Below, in pieces: positions 20,527 through 20,888 of a DNA stretch of 20,888 nucleotides. The position numbers were made by a program, and so were the translations under genes. Source of the DNA: Catajapyx aquilonaris (lineage: Eukaryota); contig KZ538483.1 of assembly GCA_000934665.2 (NCBI GenBank), positions 62,001 through 82,888 on the forward strand. Direction: 5' to 3'. Below the pieces are notes generated by a model. That model saw only the letters and a program-made list of their open reading frames with translations. It made no database searches and had not been told where the DNA came from. Position 1 is the stretch's first letter, and each line of letters opens with the position of its first letter.

Positions 20527-20862
20527 TTAGGGCGTCATTGGAGTCGTCAAGCCGCACTTGGTATGACACACCCGGTGCAGATCTGTGAAAAATTTATATT
20601 GCATCAAACATTTTGGTCTGTCTAACAATATGGATATGACAATACCTTTGTTGCATTCGGCTGCACAGTCGAGCAGACATGGATTGTTGAATATCTGGTA
20701 TGTCTTTTCCCGCTGATCATATCCGCAAACAGGACGGTACTCCTTGGTGCACTTGCAGCCTTTCGGTTGGCAACTGCATTTGTCAGGGTTACAGAATCCA
20801 TTTGCGACGACGGACACCACCAGAGCAGAGGCCAAGACAATGGCGATGATTGTATGACGCAT
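20527..20862 (-). CDS. Divergent secreted Kazal-type protein D (exons 20862-20646 and 20582-20527; 90 aa; P1 Lys)
   Basis: Signal peptide MRHTIIAIVLASALVVSVVA, then CKCTKEYRPVCGYDQREKTYQIFNNPCLLDC. 63-nt intron GTATTG..TCACAG at the same position and phase as the paralogs. Confidence 0.88.
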   Translation of the reverse strand: MRHTIIAIVLASALVVSVVANGFCNPDKCSCQPKGCKCTKEYRPVCGYDQREKTYQIFNNPCLLDCAAECNKGIVISILLDRPKCLMQYKFFTDLHRVCHTKCGLTTPMTP

Positions 20863-20888
20863 TGTTGCTTGCTGGAGATGAGCAGAGA

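Overview
Animal genomic DNA, probably an arthropod, not prokaryotic. Two gene systems are supported. (1) The 5' half of a LIM-homeobox gene of the Lhx1/5 (Lim1) family on the minus strand. Coding exon 1 (LIM domain 1, 15958-15780) splices in frame across a 13,248-bp GT-AG intron to exon 2 (LIM domain 2, 2531-2326). The homeobox exons were not found and presumably lie beyond position 1. (2) A compact cluster of four two-exon, secreted, single-domain Kazal-type protease inhibitor genes at 18.6-20.9 kb (orientation -,+,-,-). They carry 8, 8, 10 and 11 cysteines instead of 6, share one intron position, and three of the four coding introns are 3n and stop-free. The intron and intergenic DNA are dense in palindromic and tandem repeats: TA-flanked MITEs, a short Helitron-like element, fold-back arrays, a 28-bp minisatellite flanked by inverted copies, and a ~92-bp satellite next to exon 1. 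CTCF-like motifs, some inside repeat ends, lie between Lim1 and the Kazal cluster. No clearly new biological system can be demonstrated from sequence alone. The best candidates are the atypical Kazal cluster and the possible repeat-built boundary.
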